Shown here: one piece after another, positions 34,601 through 47,945 of the stretch
Numbering within the stretch: the first letter of the stretch is position 1
Layout of the letters: each line of letters begins with the position of its first letter
Source of the DNA: Phallusia mammillata
Lineage: Eukaryota
DNA length: 64,000 nucleotides
NCBI GenBank assembly: GCA_965637545.1
Contig: OZ281495.1
Coordinates: forward strand, 21,700,001 to 21,764,000
Direction of reading: 5' to 3'
Program-made: the position numbers and the translations under genes
Notes under the pieces: generated by a model
What the model saw: only the letters and a program-made list of their open reading frames with translations
Databases searched by the model: none
Told to the model about the DNA's origin: nothing

Positions 34601-35440
34601 TGGACACTGCAATGTCAATCACATTCCCATTGGAACAGTTGATAGGTCTGATTAACGACTGTCCGGTTGTGACTGAGTCTGAAACAAACACTGATTGTTG
34701 TGTTGGAAAACAGTACGAATTCTATATTCAGTGTTAAGGTGGGTATATCTAATCACTTACAACGTAGCTTTATCTACTATTATTCTATTCCTCTTTGTGT
34801 TTTGTAAGACGAAACATATTCTGATTTGGGGGCACAAGCTGCACAAAAGAGGTACACAGTTTGTGTGGTTGCGACCTGTTGTGGTAAACTGACCTTTCAA
34901 TTGACAAATAAATCGTGCTTTGTTGTCACAATTTATCCATCTTGTGTGGTTTTGCAACCTATTGTAGATCATGCAGTGGTTTGAGTTTGAATCGTTTATG
35001 TAAAAATCATTCATCATCTCTATACAAACAAACCGATATGATTTACCGTAAACCATATCACCACAACATTAAATATACCTTCGAAGATTGTTGTGTTCAT
35101 ATTGCTGCATCTACAAACCTGGTTGGTTTTGTTTGTAATGTTCCATGCAGTCGCCAAATCATTCATTGTGGAAATGGGAAATAATTCACCGTTGTCGTTT
35201 TCACATGCCTGGATGGCTTCCGTATAATTAACTACACTGTTTCCGACAAAGTAAATGCTATTTTGGATTTGATGAATAGATCCTAAACAAAGTCGGTTTA
35301 AACGGTTACTGACGCAATATTCTCAAGAATTTATTACGTGTAAACTCCATGCAAAAGCAAATATATTGTACGTTACCTTGTTGCCCAGTGACCATAGCTG
35401 TGCACAAAATAAGAAACCAAACAAGATTAGGGATCCCCAT
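19650..35440 (-). CDS. Adhesion GPCR paralog C (SP-CTL-like-X-about 21 EGF exons-GAIN-7TM); one EGF exon is interrupted by a transposon
   Basis: Signal exon 35377-35440 [24 protein letters not shown] exons ~35080-35285 and ~34893-35018, X exon 34418-34678. EGF-Ca exons (D-[IV]-[DN]-E-C...) from ~34340 to ~23048. Hinge exon 22535-22599, GPS exon 21199-21336, TM2-3 exon 20716-20923. Ends ...DETHF* at 19650. Confidence 0.92.
25765..25988. mobile_element. hAT-type MITE (CAGGGGTCGGCAACC TIR)
   Basis: TIRs present, with perfect 8-bp TSD CGTTAAAG. Confidence 0.88.
28525..28730. mobile_element. Duplicated copy of the 25765 MITE with an 18-bp internal deletion
   Basis: Same TSD CGTTAAAG and same flanks, so it was copied by the segmental duplication rather than by transposition. 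Confidence 0.88.
29002..29491. mobile_element. 490-bp hAT-like non-autonomous element inserted inside an EGF-Ca coding exon of gene C
   Basis: 8-bp TSD ATTGTTAC (28994-29001 and 29492-29499). Imperfect TIRs with poly-G/poly-C subtermini. Absent from the paralogous exons at ~23430-23550 and ~26190-26310. Confidence 0.9.
29375..29436. repeat. About 3 x 22-bp minisatellite (CTTGTCACCGCAAGGTGGCG) inside the exon-disrupting element
   Basis: Direct tandem copies without spacers. Confidence 0.8.
31683..32177. mobile_element. hAT/Charlie-like MITE (CAGTGGTTCTTAACC TIR)
   Basis: Perfect 15-bp TIRs and 8-bp TSD CCCTATCC. Absent at the homologous positions in the two younger repeat copies. Confidence 0.9.
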
Positions 35441-36607
35441 TGCGCTACACTTGTGTACAACCACGAAAACTATACTGCTTCAGCATCTACAAAAGCGCTA
35501 TGCTAGAAACACTATTTTGTCCCCTTTGTTTCATTGGGTTACAATACGGAAGTGAGGTAAACAGCCACTCATTAACGAGCATAAATGCGTTTGTTTAAAT
35601 AAATGAATGAATCTGTCTAAAGACTGTTGTGATTAAGTGCTGACACTAGTGACATCACACGTAGCCGACACCTAACCGCATATGAATCACTATCTTATGA
35701 GAATGCTCGTAGGCTGTAAACACGCACATTTCCTGAACTTAGGTTGTTCACTGTTATTTTGCTAAGTCTACTATTTGTTTTGCTTTTGTAGATGTGTTTG
35801 TTGCTACTGTTTATAACTCCTATTGCAGAAGTAAATATAAAAACTTTTCTCACGTTGGTAGCTTATATAATTGCAAGACCTGCGTCTGTGGGACCATCTG
35901 CAGCCGCGTTGGATATACATGCACACTTAGATAGACGCTCGGTGTCAAGCTTGGATAACAAACAAACAAACCTTTCACTGTAAATTTGATTTTTAAAACC
36001 TGCAGGTAACGACGTACTATTTTTTGCGATCTCCAATATTCGGGACGATTAATAAAATTCTGCAAAAACTACAAGAGCTTTACTGTTATATTTAAACACA
36101 TCATTACTTTTTTAAACGGGTAGCTGTTTTCAAACGTGTAAGTTGTAGACTGGTCAATATAATTGAAGTTTAATTGTCAAAACGTGTTTTATTATTGATG
36201 AGTTGGCATTAATTATGCGGGTAATGACGTTTTGTGACTACATTTTTTAAACTGGATAGCGCAAGCTATTAGAATGGTTTTTCATTACGTGTCTATAAAA
36301 ATGCGTGCTGTGAGTTTGCTGCTCCAATACAGTAAAATCAAAATATTGGGTAGTACACATTTCATTTGTACAGCAATTCTCTTCGATAAAGCATGCGTTA
36401 AATAAAACAAAACAAAACTTTGCGAAGCAACCTTTAAGCAGAAAGCAAAGCAAAATTGAAGAAAACGCGTTCAGAAAGCCATTACACTGACAAGTGGCTT
36501 TTTACATGGGTCAAGTAAAAGTTAGAAAAAAACTATACAATAAAACCAAGGATCATGTATGTATAAAACTTAAACCATATTTTTTTGGTCAGAACAATTT
36601 TTCGTTT

Positions 36608-39600
36608 TTAAGATTGAGTAAACTCAGTAGTAATAGTTGTTTCCTCATAACTTTGTGACACTTGGTAAGACTTGCTGTACATTCTTATCTTGTCGCTGAC
36701 TCTGGAAGATCCGCGCGATATGACCGAGCGAATCGGAGTCCACCAAACCTTGCGTAGTTCAGGAGATCGAACAGATGTGAGAAAAAAGATCACCAACCCC
36801 TACAATAAAGTAGTTACAAACATAGACGATTAAATATAGCTAATGGAAGTGATGGATTTGACACCGTGGTCCTATTGAAAACTTTTGGGTTACCTGCAAG
36901 GTATTGAACAATGCAAAAAGCCAACTCATGATGCTGAAGTAGATCTCGTCGTTCGAGATGAGCATGAGATATCCGAAGACCCAGGTCATCCCCATGATAG
37001 CTGACATGCTCGAAGCGATCATAAGCATTTGTTTGTTTGTTCGCTTCATGGAGCTTGTTTGTGCCTATAACGACATTTAATGTGGGGGTTTCCGACTGCA
37101 TAAAGAAAGATAGCAAACTAAAGTTATTAATGAAACACTCTGAGTCGACATCACTTTGGTTCCCAAACAGTTGTTAGGCCATTTTAACCAGTTGTTCCTG
37201 TGGTTTATGCCAAGTGGGGGCAACGAATCACTTAACTGCTGACTCAGCAAATTGCTGACTTAGATTTGTTTTCAAGCGTTCGAACCCAGGACACTCCCGG
37301 GGACGAATCCCGAACAGGTTTTTTTTATCTCTGTATGTAGGCTCAGGCGCGCCAGACCATTCAGCCAAGTTATCGTTGCCATTGCAAACGCATATGCCCT
37401 GCTGCGCCACCTACCGGAAATTAGCATGCCTATGCCGTGAAATATTGTCTTAGTATCTTTAACTGTACTAATTATCCAAAAAACAAGCTCAAAGATAATA
37501 CATGGTAAAACAGTACAATCACAGTACGCCAGGCCCATTAAAGGTGTCATACCGAATCAGCCGGTCACCAAGCATTCACCACCATATGGCAAGGCGTAGG
37601 CTAGAAAAAACTAGCCTGCGGTGGGATTCGAACCCACGACAGGAGTCTTTCCGGGACTCGCGCTCTACCAACTCAGCTACGCAGGCTCAGTGGAGAATCC
37701 GCCGAAAGTCGAATCACAAGCACCGTTGCCTGCCTCGTATGCTGCACATTTCAGCTTCGTAGTAGGGGATCGCCAGATTGACCAGAATCAGTTAAGATGA
37801 ACATAAATTCATAACTGGGATCAGCCCTGAAGCGTCGATGCAGACCAGCGATCACCAGCGATCGTGTGCCGTGATCGCTGGTCTGCATCGACGCTTCAGG
37901 GCTGATCCCAGTTATGAATTTATGTTCATCTTAAAACAGTACAAGACAAAATTGGACGAAACCTCCGTTTTCTACAGTACCTCTATGCTTTTGCATGAGA
38001 TTTCGCGAAACACTGATGCGAAAACTCCCAAGTTGAACAGGAAGAGAATTCCCACGGGAAGAAGGAAGGCAATGTTCAAGGAATACCCAGTCAACCAGCA
38101 CATATTTTCAGCTCGATAAGTTGAGTAGAAAACGTCGCCTGAAAGAATATGTCATGTAAAAAACGGCACATTATGATCATTAACTTAATTACAAACATAT
38201 GTTAATAGTAATGTTGAAACAGTGCTTTCGTCTAGAATTAAGCCAATTTTATTACATTTGGCTTATATCGACAAAAAATGAATGTTTCGTAACGAACAAC
38301 TGTTAGCAAATTTAGGTCAAAATTGCTCATAGTTGTTATAATGCACTTGGTTAAGTGATACTCCTATGTGGTTAAAAAGGGCCTTAGGGCCACAACATGC
38401 TACAAAGACAAACCTTTGTCACACAAGTTAGTATCAACTTCATGCTGCTGATCAAAGTGTCCAAAGGTAACGGCAAGAGTAATAACGACGACCAACAAAG
38501 GCGTTAAATACGAGAAAGCAGAAACACGCTGCAGAAATCTACCAGCATCTTGTCGAAAAACCTGCATATATAGTCCAACATGAGTTGACTGCAGTGAAAG
38601 CAAGTATACAAAAATGATAAAAAGTAAAAGTAAAAAACATAAAGCCAATCGTTGGTAGTTATCGAAAACTGATGGTACGTTTGTTCCCCTTTTTTTATTC
38701 CTGTTACCTTGACAACAGACATGTACATGTCGTAGCTGTACACGGCCATCCAACACCAGGTGGTTAGCATGAAGTAATGTAGCAGTACAGCTACCAGCGT
38801 ACAAGCGTGGCCTGCGTCTACACTTGATACTCCTAGGACAAAAATCAAGTAGACGACCAACAGGTTGCCACAAATATTAAGAAGAATTTTCGCTGGACGT
38901 CGGCGTCGCATGTCACTAAAAGGTACACGAGATTGATACACTGACTTGTAACACTGCAAAAGTTTTAATGTTTACCGATGAAGACAATGTACGATGATTG
39001 TAAAGGTAAGTCCGAGAATGGAAAGAATGCAGCCGATGTCACTCACAATACTGAGAGCTACGTCACTGGAAACCGTTTTTGAATTCTGTCAATAGTTGTT
39101 TATTAAACTTTTTCCTCATAAATATTAAAGAGAATGCAATGTTGCATACAACATCGTTCAAAATACGTATAATAGTCTGCTTTAAGCTTACAACGAGCAA
39201 GGCAAAGTTGGTGAGGTGATTGCAACGACATTCGACAGGATCCGAAGTTTGATCCAAGCAGCAACCACTAGTAGACCACTCGCTTCGATTGAAGTCCCAA
39301 TGCACACACTCCAACGTTGTTTTCAGCGACTGAAACGTGACAAGTTCGGTATTACACCACATGCTTTGCACAGTTAGGATAATGCCGAAGAATCTCACTT
39401 TTCTGGTTTCATTGGAAAGAGGGGTCGTTCCGTATCTGTTGTTTTCACCTTTGTGTTGAATCCGTACAGGATCTGTGAGGTTATTCACGGGAGATCCATT
39501 TCCAAGCGCGGCCGAAATCACCTTAAAATTACCGTTTACCATGTACGCTGATGCTGACCTACAGTGTTCAACTCAAGCAAAGTTGTACGTACCGATGATA

Positions 39601-42600
39601 CGTTCTTTTCAGAAAGAAACAGAGTGGGATTGTCAAAATACAGAAACGCGGAACGCACGGTGTCTGATTGCGAAGTGTTACTTGATCTTTTTCGGCGATT
39701 TAGGGCTAATTTCGTGATAACAGATTGAGGAATAATAATAGCTGAAGGTTCAGATGTGTTTGAGTTTACTGCAAGTTGGGGAGTGAACACCAATGGAGCT
39801 TGAACGTTGACATTTGTATCCTGGACCTACATAGAAAAAAAACTTCGGCTCCATGTAAATCAACACATCTTGAAAATATTTGAACTAACTCCCTAACCAG
39901 GGGCACTTTTAGTACAACAAATAAAGTTCATTTGCACCATTTGCTTCTGCACATACCTTCATTAAGATTGCGTCTGTTGCATAAGTGAATGTGTCGTTTG
40001 GTGAAGCAAGCTCAACTTGAAGTGCAAGAGATGAAATCGCTTGTGTAATCTCAGTTTGTTGTCGACGAAGCTCAGACAAATCGTTTGAGTTATTTGAGTT
40101 CGATCGTTGGGTTTTGAAGCTTTTTAGGAGGTTGCTCGTGGTGGTTAACATTAAACTGGCGATGTTTGAAGTAACCTTGGGGAAAGATAAATGACGGTTA
40201 AAAGAAGTATCAAATTACGAAAGGATTGCATTACCTAACGCTATATCTGATTCTTTAGACTTTTAGAGATTTATTGTACAAATTTATTAGAAGATACAGA
40301 CCGGAATTTGAGTTTTTGAAGTATACCTTAACCACCATCAAATCAACAACACACGTACCGTAGAGTATAAGTTATCTTTTTCATCATTTTTGGTTAACAT
40401 TTTTCAACAACATTTTTATGTACGCCCCACAAAGAAATGTTTTTCAAGCTTTCTGTATGAAAACGATTTTTCAAAATAATAAAATTTTCTCACGGTTATA
40501 TTTCCAGCTAATGCGGCGTCTGAAACTTCCTTCATAAACTGAGCGACGCTTTTTGTTACAGTCACGGGCAGAGATTGTTGGTTCGACGTAATTTTTGTCA
40601 CAAAATCGCTCGCGGACTCTGTTCCTGCTGTGCTTGTTGTGGAGCTGGCAAGTTCCTGGACACGGATAGTTATTAAGGCTTTACTAAAAAGCACAACTAA
40701 AATTGCATTATCGATTACAGAATGTTATTGACATGAACAGAACGCTCGATTGTTGAATTGTTATCATCAAAGTTTATAGTTGATGTCCAACGGTTAAACT
40801 AATTATTTGGAAATCCTCTTACCTCACTTAACTTTTCTTCGCATAGTGTTGGATTTGTGATACATTTGGATTGCAAGACACTGATACCTACAAGAAATTG
40901 TTTTTTTTTTGAAAACTTACATGTAAATAGGCTTTCCAACATGGCTGTTTTAGCAATTTTGCTTTTTTTCTCGTAACTGATTATAATTTAGTCATTGCTT
41001 ATGCGACATAGAAAAATCATTAAAAAGGCAAAATCATTAAAGAAATATATTACTTTCACATCCAACGCCAGTGAAACCATCCAAACAGGTGCAAAAATAA
41101 GTTCCATGTACATTAGTGCAGTTCGAGTTTTCTGGACAACTATTGCTGGCATTTTTACACTCGTCGATATCTGCAAAGCAAATATAAATGTAGTATTAGT
41201 CTATCTAAATATCGAAAACGGTCGTTTAAATATATTTTAAATATTTTATTCGTCTGCGTGGCATACGATTTAAATATTGCCCTTTGATAATAAATTTACT
41301 TTTAACCGCATACTTTAAAGTTGCATCATCAACTAGTATAGTGTGGAACTAACCATAGCAAAATAGTACAACATATTTACCTACAGTGATGCTTTAACAT
41401 TTATTGGTAAGTTTTTATAATAGCCACACATTTATCCAATAGTATCAAACACACCTTCACAGTGACTCCCATTTCCAGTATAACCATCTTTACAGGTACA
41501 ATTGTAAGATCCAACCATATTTGCACAAACGGCTTGAAGATGACAAGTGTTGTTATTTGTTGTACACTCATCCACATCTGTAGAAGTGCTGATAGATTTA
41601 GGAGAGTGTGCGGTTATAATGGTTGTTTGTGTTTTATGCTTTGAATGGGTTGAGACAAAATTTGTGAAAAAAATCGTAAATGCGTAAACACCTAGTTTTA
41701 TTTGACAACAAAACTTTCATTTGACCGTAAAACAACTATTTCAACTAAAGAAATCATACTCTATTTTTTAATTATGTGCAGTATCGGTTTAATATTGTGC
41801 CAAAATTTTAACTTTAATCTTATGTACATTCGTCCAGCAAACATTACTTAAGCATTTTTTTACGTAAACAGCAAAGCTAATGAAATATGATGCAAAACAT
41901 CTATTTGGAAAATGTTTTCTGCAGCAAACCTGCGCATTCGGTTCCATTCCCTTTAAAACCTCTCTTACAAGTGCAATTGTACGACCTCAAGGTGTTATAG
42001 CAGATTGCAGCAGCATGACATACGTTAATATCTTGTGCACATTCGTCAACGTCTGCAAACAAAATAGAAAAATATATTATTGGTTATAGTTCTAGTTTTC
42101 ATGCTGATGACATTTAACAACTTGTTACAATTTTTGAGTTTTTGATTAATCCTTTATGAGTGTAAGTTCATTCATGATATAATACATGACATTTATAAAG
42201 TATATATTTCTATTAAATTTAACGTTTACAATAAACAAAGCGTTTCGTCCGTTTTTGACAAATGTATCGCCCCCAACAACAGTTCCACACAACGACGTAG
42301 CTTCTCATTTAGGTTTTCGCATTGAGAATTTTTTTTTAGTTTTAAAACCACCAAATCAACTTATGTTGCGTTACATTTTTTGACACTCTTTTCAAGGGTT
42401 TACTTCAAACTCTCAAGCAACATTTAAACATTTGTTATTTGTTATTGTTTAAATTACGCTAAAATGTAATAAACTAACCTTTGCAATGACTTCCATTCCC
42501 AATAAAACCATTTTTGCACGTACAATTGTAGGATCCCACAGTGTTTACACAAATGGCGTGAAGATGACAAGTGTTGCGGATGGTTTCACACTCATTAATA

Positions 42601-45600
42601 TCTGTGCCAAGTTGACATAGAAATTTGTAACAAAGGTGATGTAAGGTTAATATTGCGGATTTTGTTACAAATGGTGCACATTGTGTTGTGATAATACAAC
42701 CTAAATTATTTGCAAAAGACTCTGTGTTTGATGTACAATTAAAAATATAGTTTGCAATAAATTATTTAAAAAAATACGAATACTTTTCGTCAGTTTATTT
42801 TTTTAATGAGCTTAACCTGCACTAGTTATTTGAAAACAAAACACATGAACATCTTTTTCAGAACGTTTTATACGTCCCATACCTGTGCACTCGGTTCCAT
42901 TTGCTTGAAAACCGTTGTTGCAAAGACAATTATAAGAACCCAAAGTGTTCAGGCAGGTGGCATCAGCATGACATTTACTAATATTTGTTGCGCATTCTTC
43001 AACATCTGCAAAGGTAAGTTGAATATTGACGCACTTTAATAAAAAATAAATGATAAGCTTAATGCTCGAGGTTTTGGTTTTCGTGCCAATAAAAGTTTTC
43101 TGAAACATTTTTGTGTAGAATATTTAATATTTTTTTATTTTGCTTAGTAATTATGCAAATTGATTTTACAGGCTCTCTAATTGCTGTTTGACTTTGCAAC
43201 GCTTAAAGTGCTGATAGAGATTAAAGTGTGTGTTTTTAAGAAAATGTACTATAGCCTATATAATCTAAACCAGTGCTGCGGCTAGTGACTTAAGAAATCG
43301 CCATGTGTGCCTCAAAAACTTTTATGAACAGCGCATTATATTATCATAATTATCGCATACTTTGTGGCATAGGAATATCTATCACAATTAAAATACAAAC
43401 TAAGTTCGCTGAATATTTTCTGTGTTTTAACCTGTAAACGTGTAAAGTATGCTGCTAACAAAAAAGTGGTTATTATTGGACCAACAACCTAAAAATGTTA
43501 GGCGTTTTAGAATTACCATACCATATGCTTTACCTTCACAATCGATTCCGTTGCCTTCAAAGCCAAGTTTGCAAATGCATTCGTAGGAGCCGAGGGTGTT
43601 GATACAGGTGGAGTTAATATGACAATCAGTTGCGTCTGTTTCACACTCATCAGTGTCTAAAAAATATTTCTAAATTTATCAAGCACAAACCAATAGTTTC
43701 AGAAGTGCAATTTTTTTTTTTTTTGATTACCATCCATATGTTTTACCTTCACAATTAATTCCGTTGCCGTTGAAACCATTTATGCAAGTACATACGTAAG
43801 AACCCATAGTATTGTTACATGTTGAGTTGGAATGGCAACTGTTGTCCCCTACCTTGCACTCATCAACATCTGTGTGGTAATTGTATATTAAACATACCCT
43901 CTACTATTTTTCAAACATCGAACCAAAGAATACCTTCACAGTTAGTTTCGTTTACATAATAGCCAGCGTTGCATGTACAATGGTACGATCCAAACGTGTT
44001 GTTGCAAATCAAATTTGGGGCGCACGGTTTCGATTTTGAACATTCATCCACGTCTACAAGCATTTGTTGTTGTTTTTAATTATTTTGGGGCAGGTAGGGG
44101 TCAACATTTTGCAGACAATTTTTTGTCCGTTTTATTAAAGTTCAGATCTCCTAACTTGTTTAGTAATCAACACTGCACAATACAATTAGTTTGACATTAA
44201 TGGTAAAAGGTGCAACTAATTTGAAACAATAATGACAAAGTATAAATGATCTATTTTAAACGACACTTGAACTGTAGTGGTGGTGTTGGCGTTGAAAAAT
44301 TCTTAATAATAAAAACAATCCATTTTGCTTGCAAGTTGATACAACTCATAAATTTTTTTCAATGGTGGTCAGTTTATCGTTTATCTTACCATGACAATAG
44401 AAAGTGCCGCGGCTTGTATTATCTGTGAAGTATCCTTCAGGACAATTGCATTGGTAACCTCCCGGCCAGTTTTCGCACGGAGCAAAACGGTACCAATAAC
44501 GTCCATAGTAGCAATAACCCGGTATTAGGCATTCGTCAATATCTGAAATAAACATTCTTTTTTCATTACGCTGTTCATGGTTCTCATCATTGAGAAGCAA
44601 TGTGTTATCCTGTCAGAGTCGTAATTCGGACTGGGCTTTCGAAATTGGGTTCTGGCTTAAGCTTAAAATAACCGGACACGAATCGGGTTTGACACCACCG
44701 TTGGCATTGTTTTTTTGCCACGTTTTTGCCTAAATTGGGCTTTATTTTTTCCTACGTTAACCGGGTTCCATGTGGACTCCGGGTTCCATTTTAACAAATC
44801 TACCCAAGTAACAGATTGCTCCTTTAACTTCTATACACACATGTTGACCACCACCGTAATGATAACTGCTGCTCTCGTTTTATTTATTTTCATTCGGACA
44901 TCGGCATGACTGTTAACTTCGTAAATCTTTCAACTCCAAAGTCAGATTTGAGGTCGACAGAAACGTGACAGTTCGTTTGTTTTAAACAGACACACCTGTA
45001 CATTGAGTTCCGTTTCCCTCAAAGCCGGGTTTGCATGCGCAGTTGTATGAACCAACGATGTTGTTACAAGAAGAGTTGGCGTGACATGCGTAAGTGTTTG
45101 TTGCACATTCATCGACGTCTAAAAAGGAAAATTCAAAAAGTACAGGAAATTGTAATTATACAAAACACAACTGCCATTTTGTATGAGGCAGAAACGCCTA
45201 AAGTTTTATTTTTTATTTTTATATTAAGTTAGTAATATTATTCGTGGTCTCCATACATTCCATTTTCAGACAGTTAAACGGACAATTACACAAGAGAAAC
45301 AATACACATTTTCAAAGCGCTTACCATCGCATTAGCTATTTGTCCTATTTCATTGAAAATCCTATTCTGACAAATGCATTTGTAACTTTGTGTTTAAGCA
45401 TTTGAGCAAAGTCTTATTGTGGAAACTTGTTAGTGCGGCTTTGTTTAAACTTTGAAATATTGCACCGTCAAGCATTCATCAATTACGATTAATGTGTGTG
45501 AAACAGCAGTTTATTTATTATAGTATCTTAAAATATCTGCAAACATTGTGTTTTAAAGAAGATTTGCACAGTCAAACCAACTGACTTTCGTTATCGATGA

Positions 45601-47592
45601 CTGAAGATTAAATTAGAATGCGTTTTGCCTTACCTGTACACTGACCGCGGCTACTTTCAAATCCTTCGTCACAATCACATCGAAAGTCCTTGCAAGTGGC
45701 ATTTGCCTGGCATAAAGCATTTGAATCTGTGTAAACGTTAAAAAGGAATGTTTAGCAGGAATTTATATGCAACAATTATAACCTTCTGAACCCTTTACAA
45801 TTACACTTTATACATTTTAAAAGATTTAGAATCGCTACTTTTAGCAGTTAAAGCTACATATACTATACCTCCTTTTGTGACATTATTCCAATAGAGTACA
45901 AAATACCGTTCGCTCCAATAATTTCCAAGCCTTGTGACATTGTATGTTACCGAACAGTCGTTGTTCCGTACTGTTGTTAAACTAACTGTGTAGCCGTGAG
46001 TCTGGTGATCGATTGTGGTGTTAAGCCAGAGGAATTGACAACATTGGGATATTTGAATGTTCACCAACTTCCATTCTGAACATCGGCTTCGGCCAATCGG
46101 TGTTTCTCCGATTGTTCCTAAAATTGATAAAAATGTTCAACTACAATAATAATAGAAAGCGATTTCGTGGTCTCTGGCAAGCTATTTTTTTTTTGCGAGT
46201 TGGTCTGCAATTTGCCATTGCGGTGACGTTCGTTTCGTGAAATGCTTGCAATACCTTACATTCATTTTGCGCAGTATTTTCATTTATAATAACACTTTAC
46301 AATTTGTTTAGATAAATTATTGTAGCTTTAAAACTATAAGAGAATTGATTCGATGTTTTTTTTTACCATAAGACCAGAAGGGCCTACTTTCGTAACCAAA
46401 ATGGTTATAACTATAGTGGCATCGGCAACGGCGTATAAGTTTCAAAGGAAAGAATCTTTTTTAAGTCGATACTTTCACATTTGTGAAATTTATAACGAAA
46501 TACATACACATTTTTTAGGGATAAAAGCTCCCTCTTGTATCGGTATGTTCTGACGCCCATGATAACCGGGGTTAAAACGTACCTTTGAATTTACAAATAA
46601 AGAAAGCCAACGTGTTGCAATTTATCTGGCTTGTGCTGTTGTCTTTTCTGTCAAAGGCCATACAGCTTCCATCACTTTGAGCCGCTACGTAAAACTTTCC
46701 TTCTCTCTCTGTTTTCAATACCCGATACTTTGTTGTGAATCTTTCATATTAAATTTTAAATATTTGAAAATATTTATAACTTACCCGCGTCTTCGGTCTT
46801 TGACTTATCAAAGCATGCATAGCTGGAAACATGTGTGTTCGTTATCTTCCAGGCAAAAGTTGTGTTTTCGGGAGACAAGTTGTAAATTTTTCCTTGGTTG
46901 TAATTCGAACACTCTGTTTTTGCATTCTCGTAGCTTAAGGCAAGACTCCCAACAAAGTAAACGTCGTCATCAAACTGGTGAATAGATCCTTGAATAAAAT
47001 ATTAACACACAAGCTTAAGTTTATCAAAATCAATTTAAAAGGTTAAAAAACGCGACCTCCTTAGCGTAGGCCTGCGTCTTTTCGGGGATTCAATTGTTCT
47101 TAAACTTTATGACATTTTTACACTTCTCTGGTTGCACGTTGGCGTTCCCTAAATTTATATGACACAGACTGCTATTTTCTTTACGGCTTCCCCCATGACT
47201 TCAGTACAAACTACACTAAGTGATCCAGGCGATATTTTTAATGTGGTCTACCGGGGACATTTGTATGTAAAAAGACCACCTTATATTACATAACTTTGGA
47301 ACCAATGAAGTCTAACTTCTGTCCGGATTATAAGATAAACATAGCAGTGCTGAGTCGAGATAAGTAATCTTATGCGTGCATAAGCAATGATTTATTATAT
47401 AGTTAGAACTCAAGTCTCGTTTAAAAAATAATTTAAAATAATATTTTTTTATCTTGTATAACTCAGTTCCCGTTTGAAACTATACGTTTGACGTACACAA
47501 GAATCAGATTAAATTTTTTATGCTTTGCACCTACCTCGTTGCGCAGTTACCATGCTGCAGCAAATTGCGACAATTACTGCAATGGTCTGCAT
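36608..47592 (-). CDS. Adhesion GPCR paralog B (SP-CTL-like-X-11 EGF-GAIN-7TM), complete
   Basis: Signal exon 47535-47592 [22 protein letters not shown] exons 46785-46988 and ~46583-46710, X exon 45869-46117, 11 EGF exons ~41055-45730. GPS exon 39192-39329, TM2-3 exon 38708-38915, TM6-7 exon ~36895-37065. Ends ...TEFTQS* at 36608. Confidence 0.94.
37613..37686 (-). tRNA. Atypical tRNA-like Pol III gene in a gene B intron (predicted anticodon GGA, short variable arm, C33)
   Basis: GCCTGCG TA GCTG AGTTGGTA GAGC GC GAGTC CCGGAAA GACTC CTGTC GTGGG TTCGAAT CCCAC CGCAGGC T. Perfect acceptor, anticodon and T stems, A-box, B-box GGTTCGAATCC, and T6 terminator 3 nt downstream. Confidence 0.6.
37792..37934. 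repeat. Perfect 64-bp inverted repeat with 15-nt spacer (foldback/MITE-like), TTAA at both ends
   Basis: Arm 37792-37855 is the exact reverse complement of 37871-37934. Degenerate single arms occur near 23880, 26640 and 29890. Confidence 0.9.
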
Positions 47593-47710
47593 CTTGTTAT
47601 GCAAGAAATCAAAGATTTTTTTATTAATGTTTCCAAAGGCTGCTGAATGCCAGACCTTTTTGGATGGAAATTTAAGCTACTAAGCAAAAAAAAGATTACA
47701 TATTTTATAC

Positions 47711-47945
47711 CAGTGGTCGGCAACCGCCGGTCCGCGGCCCGGTACCGGTCCGCGAGCAGTTTGTTACCGGGCCGTAAAATTTTTCAGGTTAAATGCTATG
47801 AAACATTTTGCCCATGTATCCCGGGGGTGATAAACTAATTGGGCGTTTTTATTGCTAAATATTTGTAGTTTTTTTAAAGACCGGTCCGCGATAAAGTTAT
47901 CCTTTCAAAAACGGTCCGCAGTGCAAAAAAGGTTGTCGACCCCTG
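47711..47945. mobile_element. Same MITE family as 25765, opposite orientation
   Basis: TIRs CAGTGGTCGGCAACC / GGTTGTCGACCCCTG, TSD TTTTATAC, homologous internal sequence. Confidence 0.88.
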
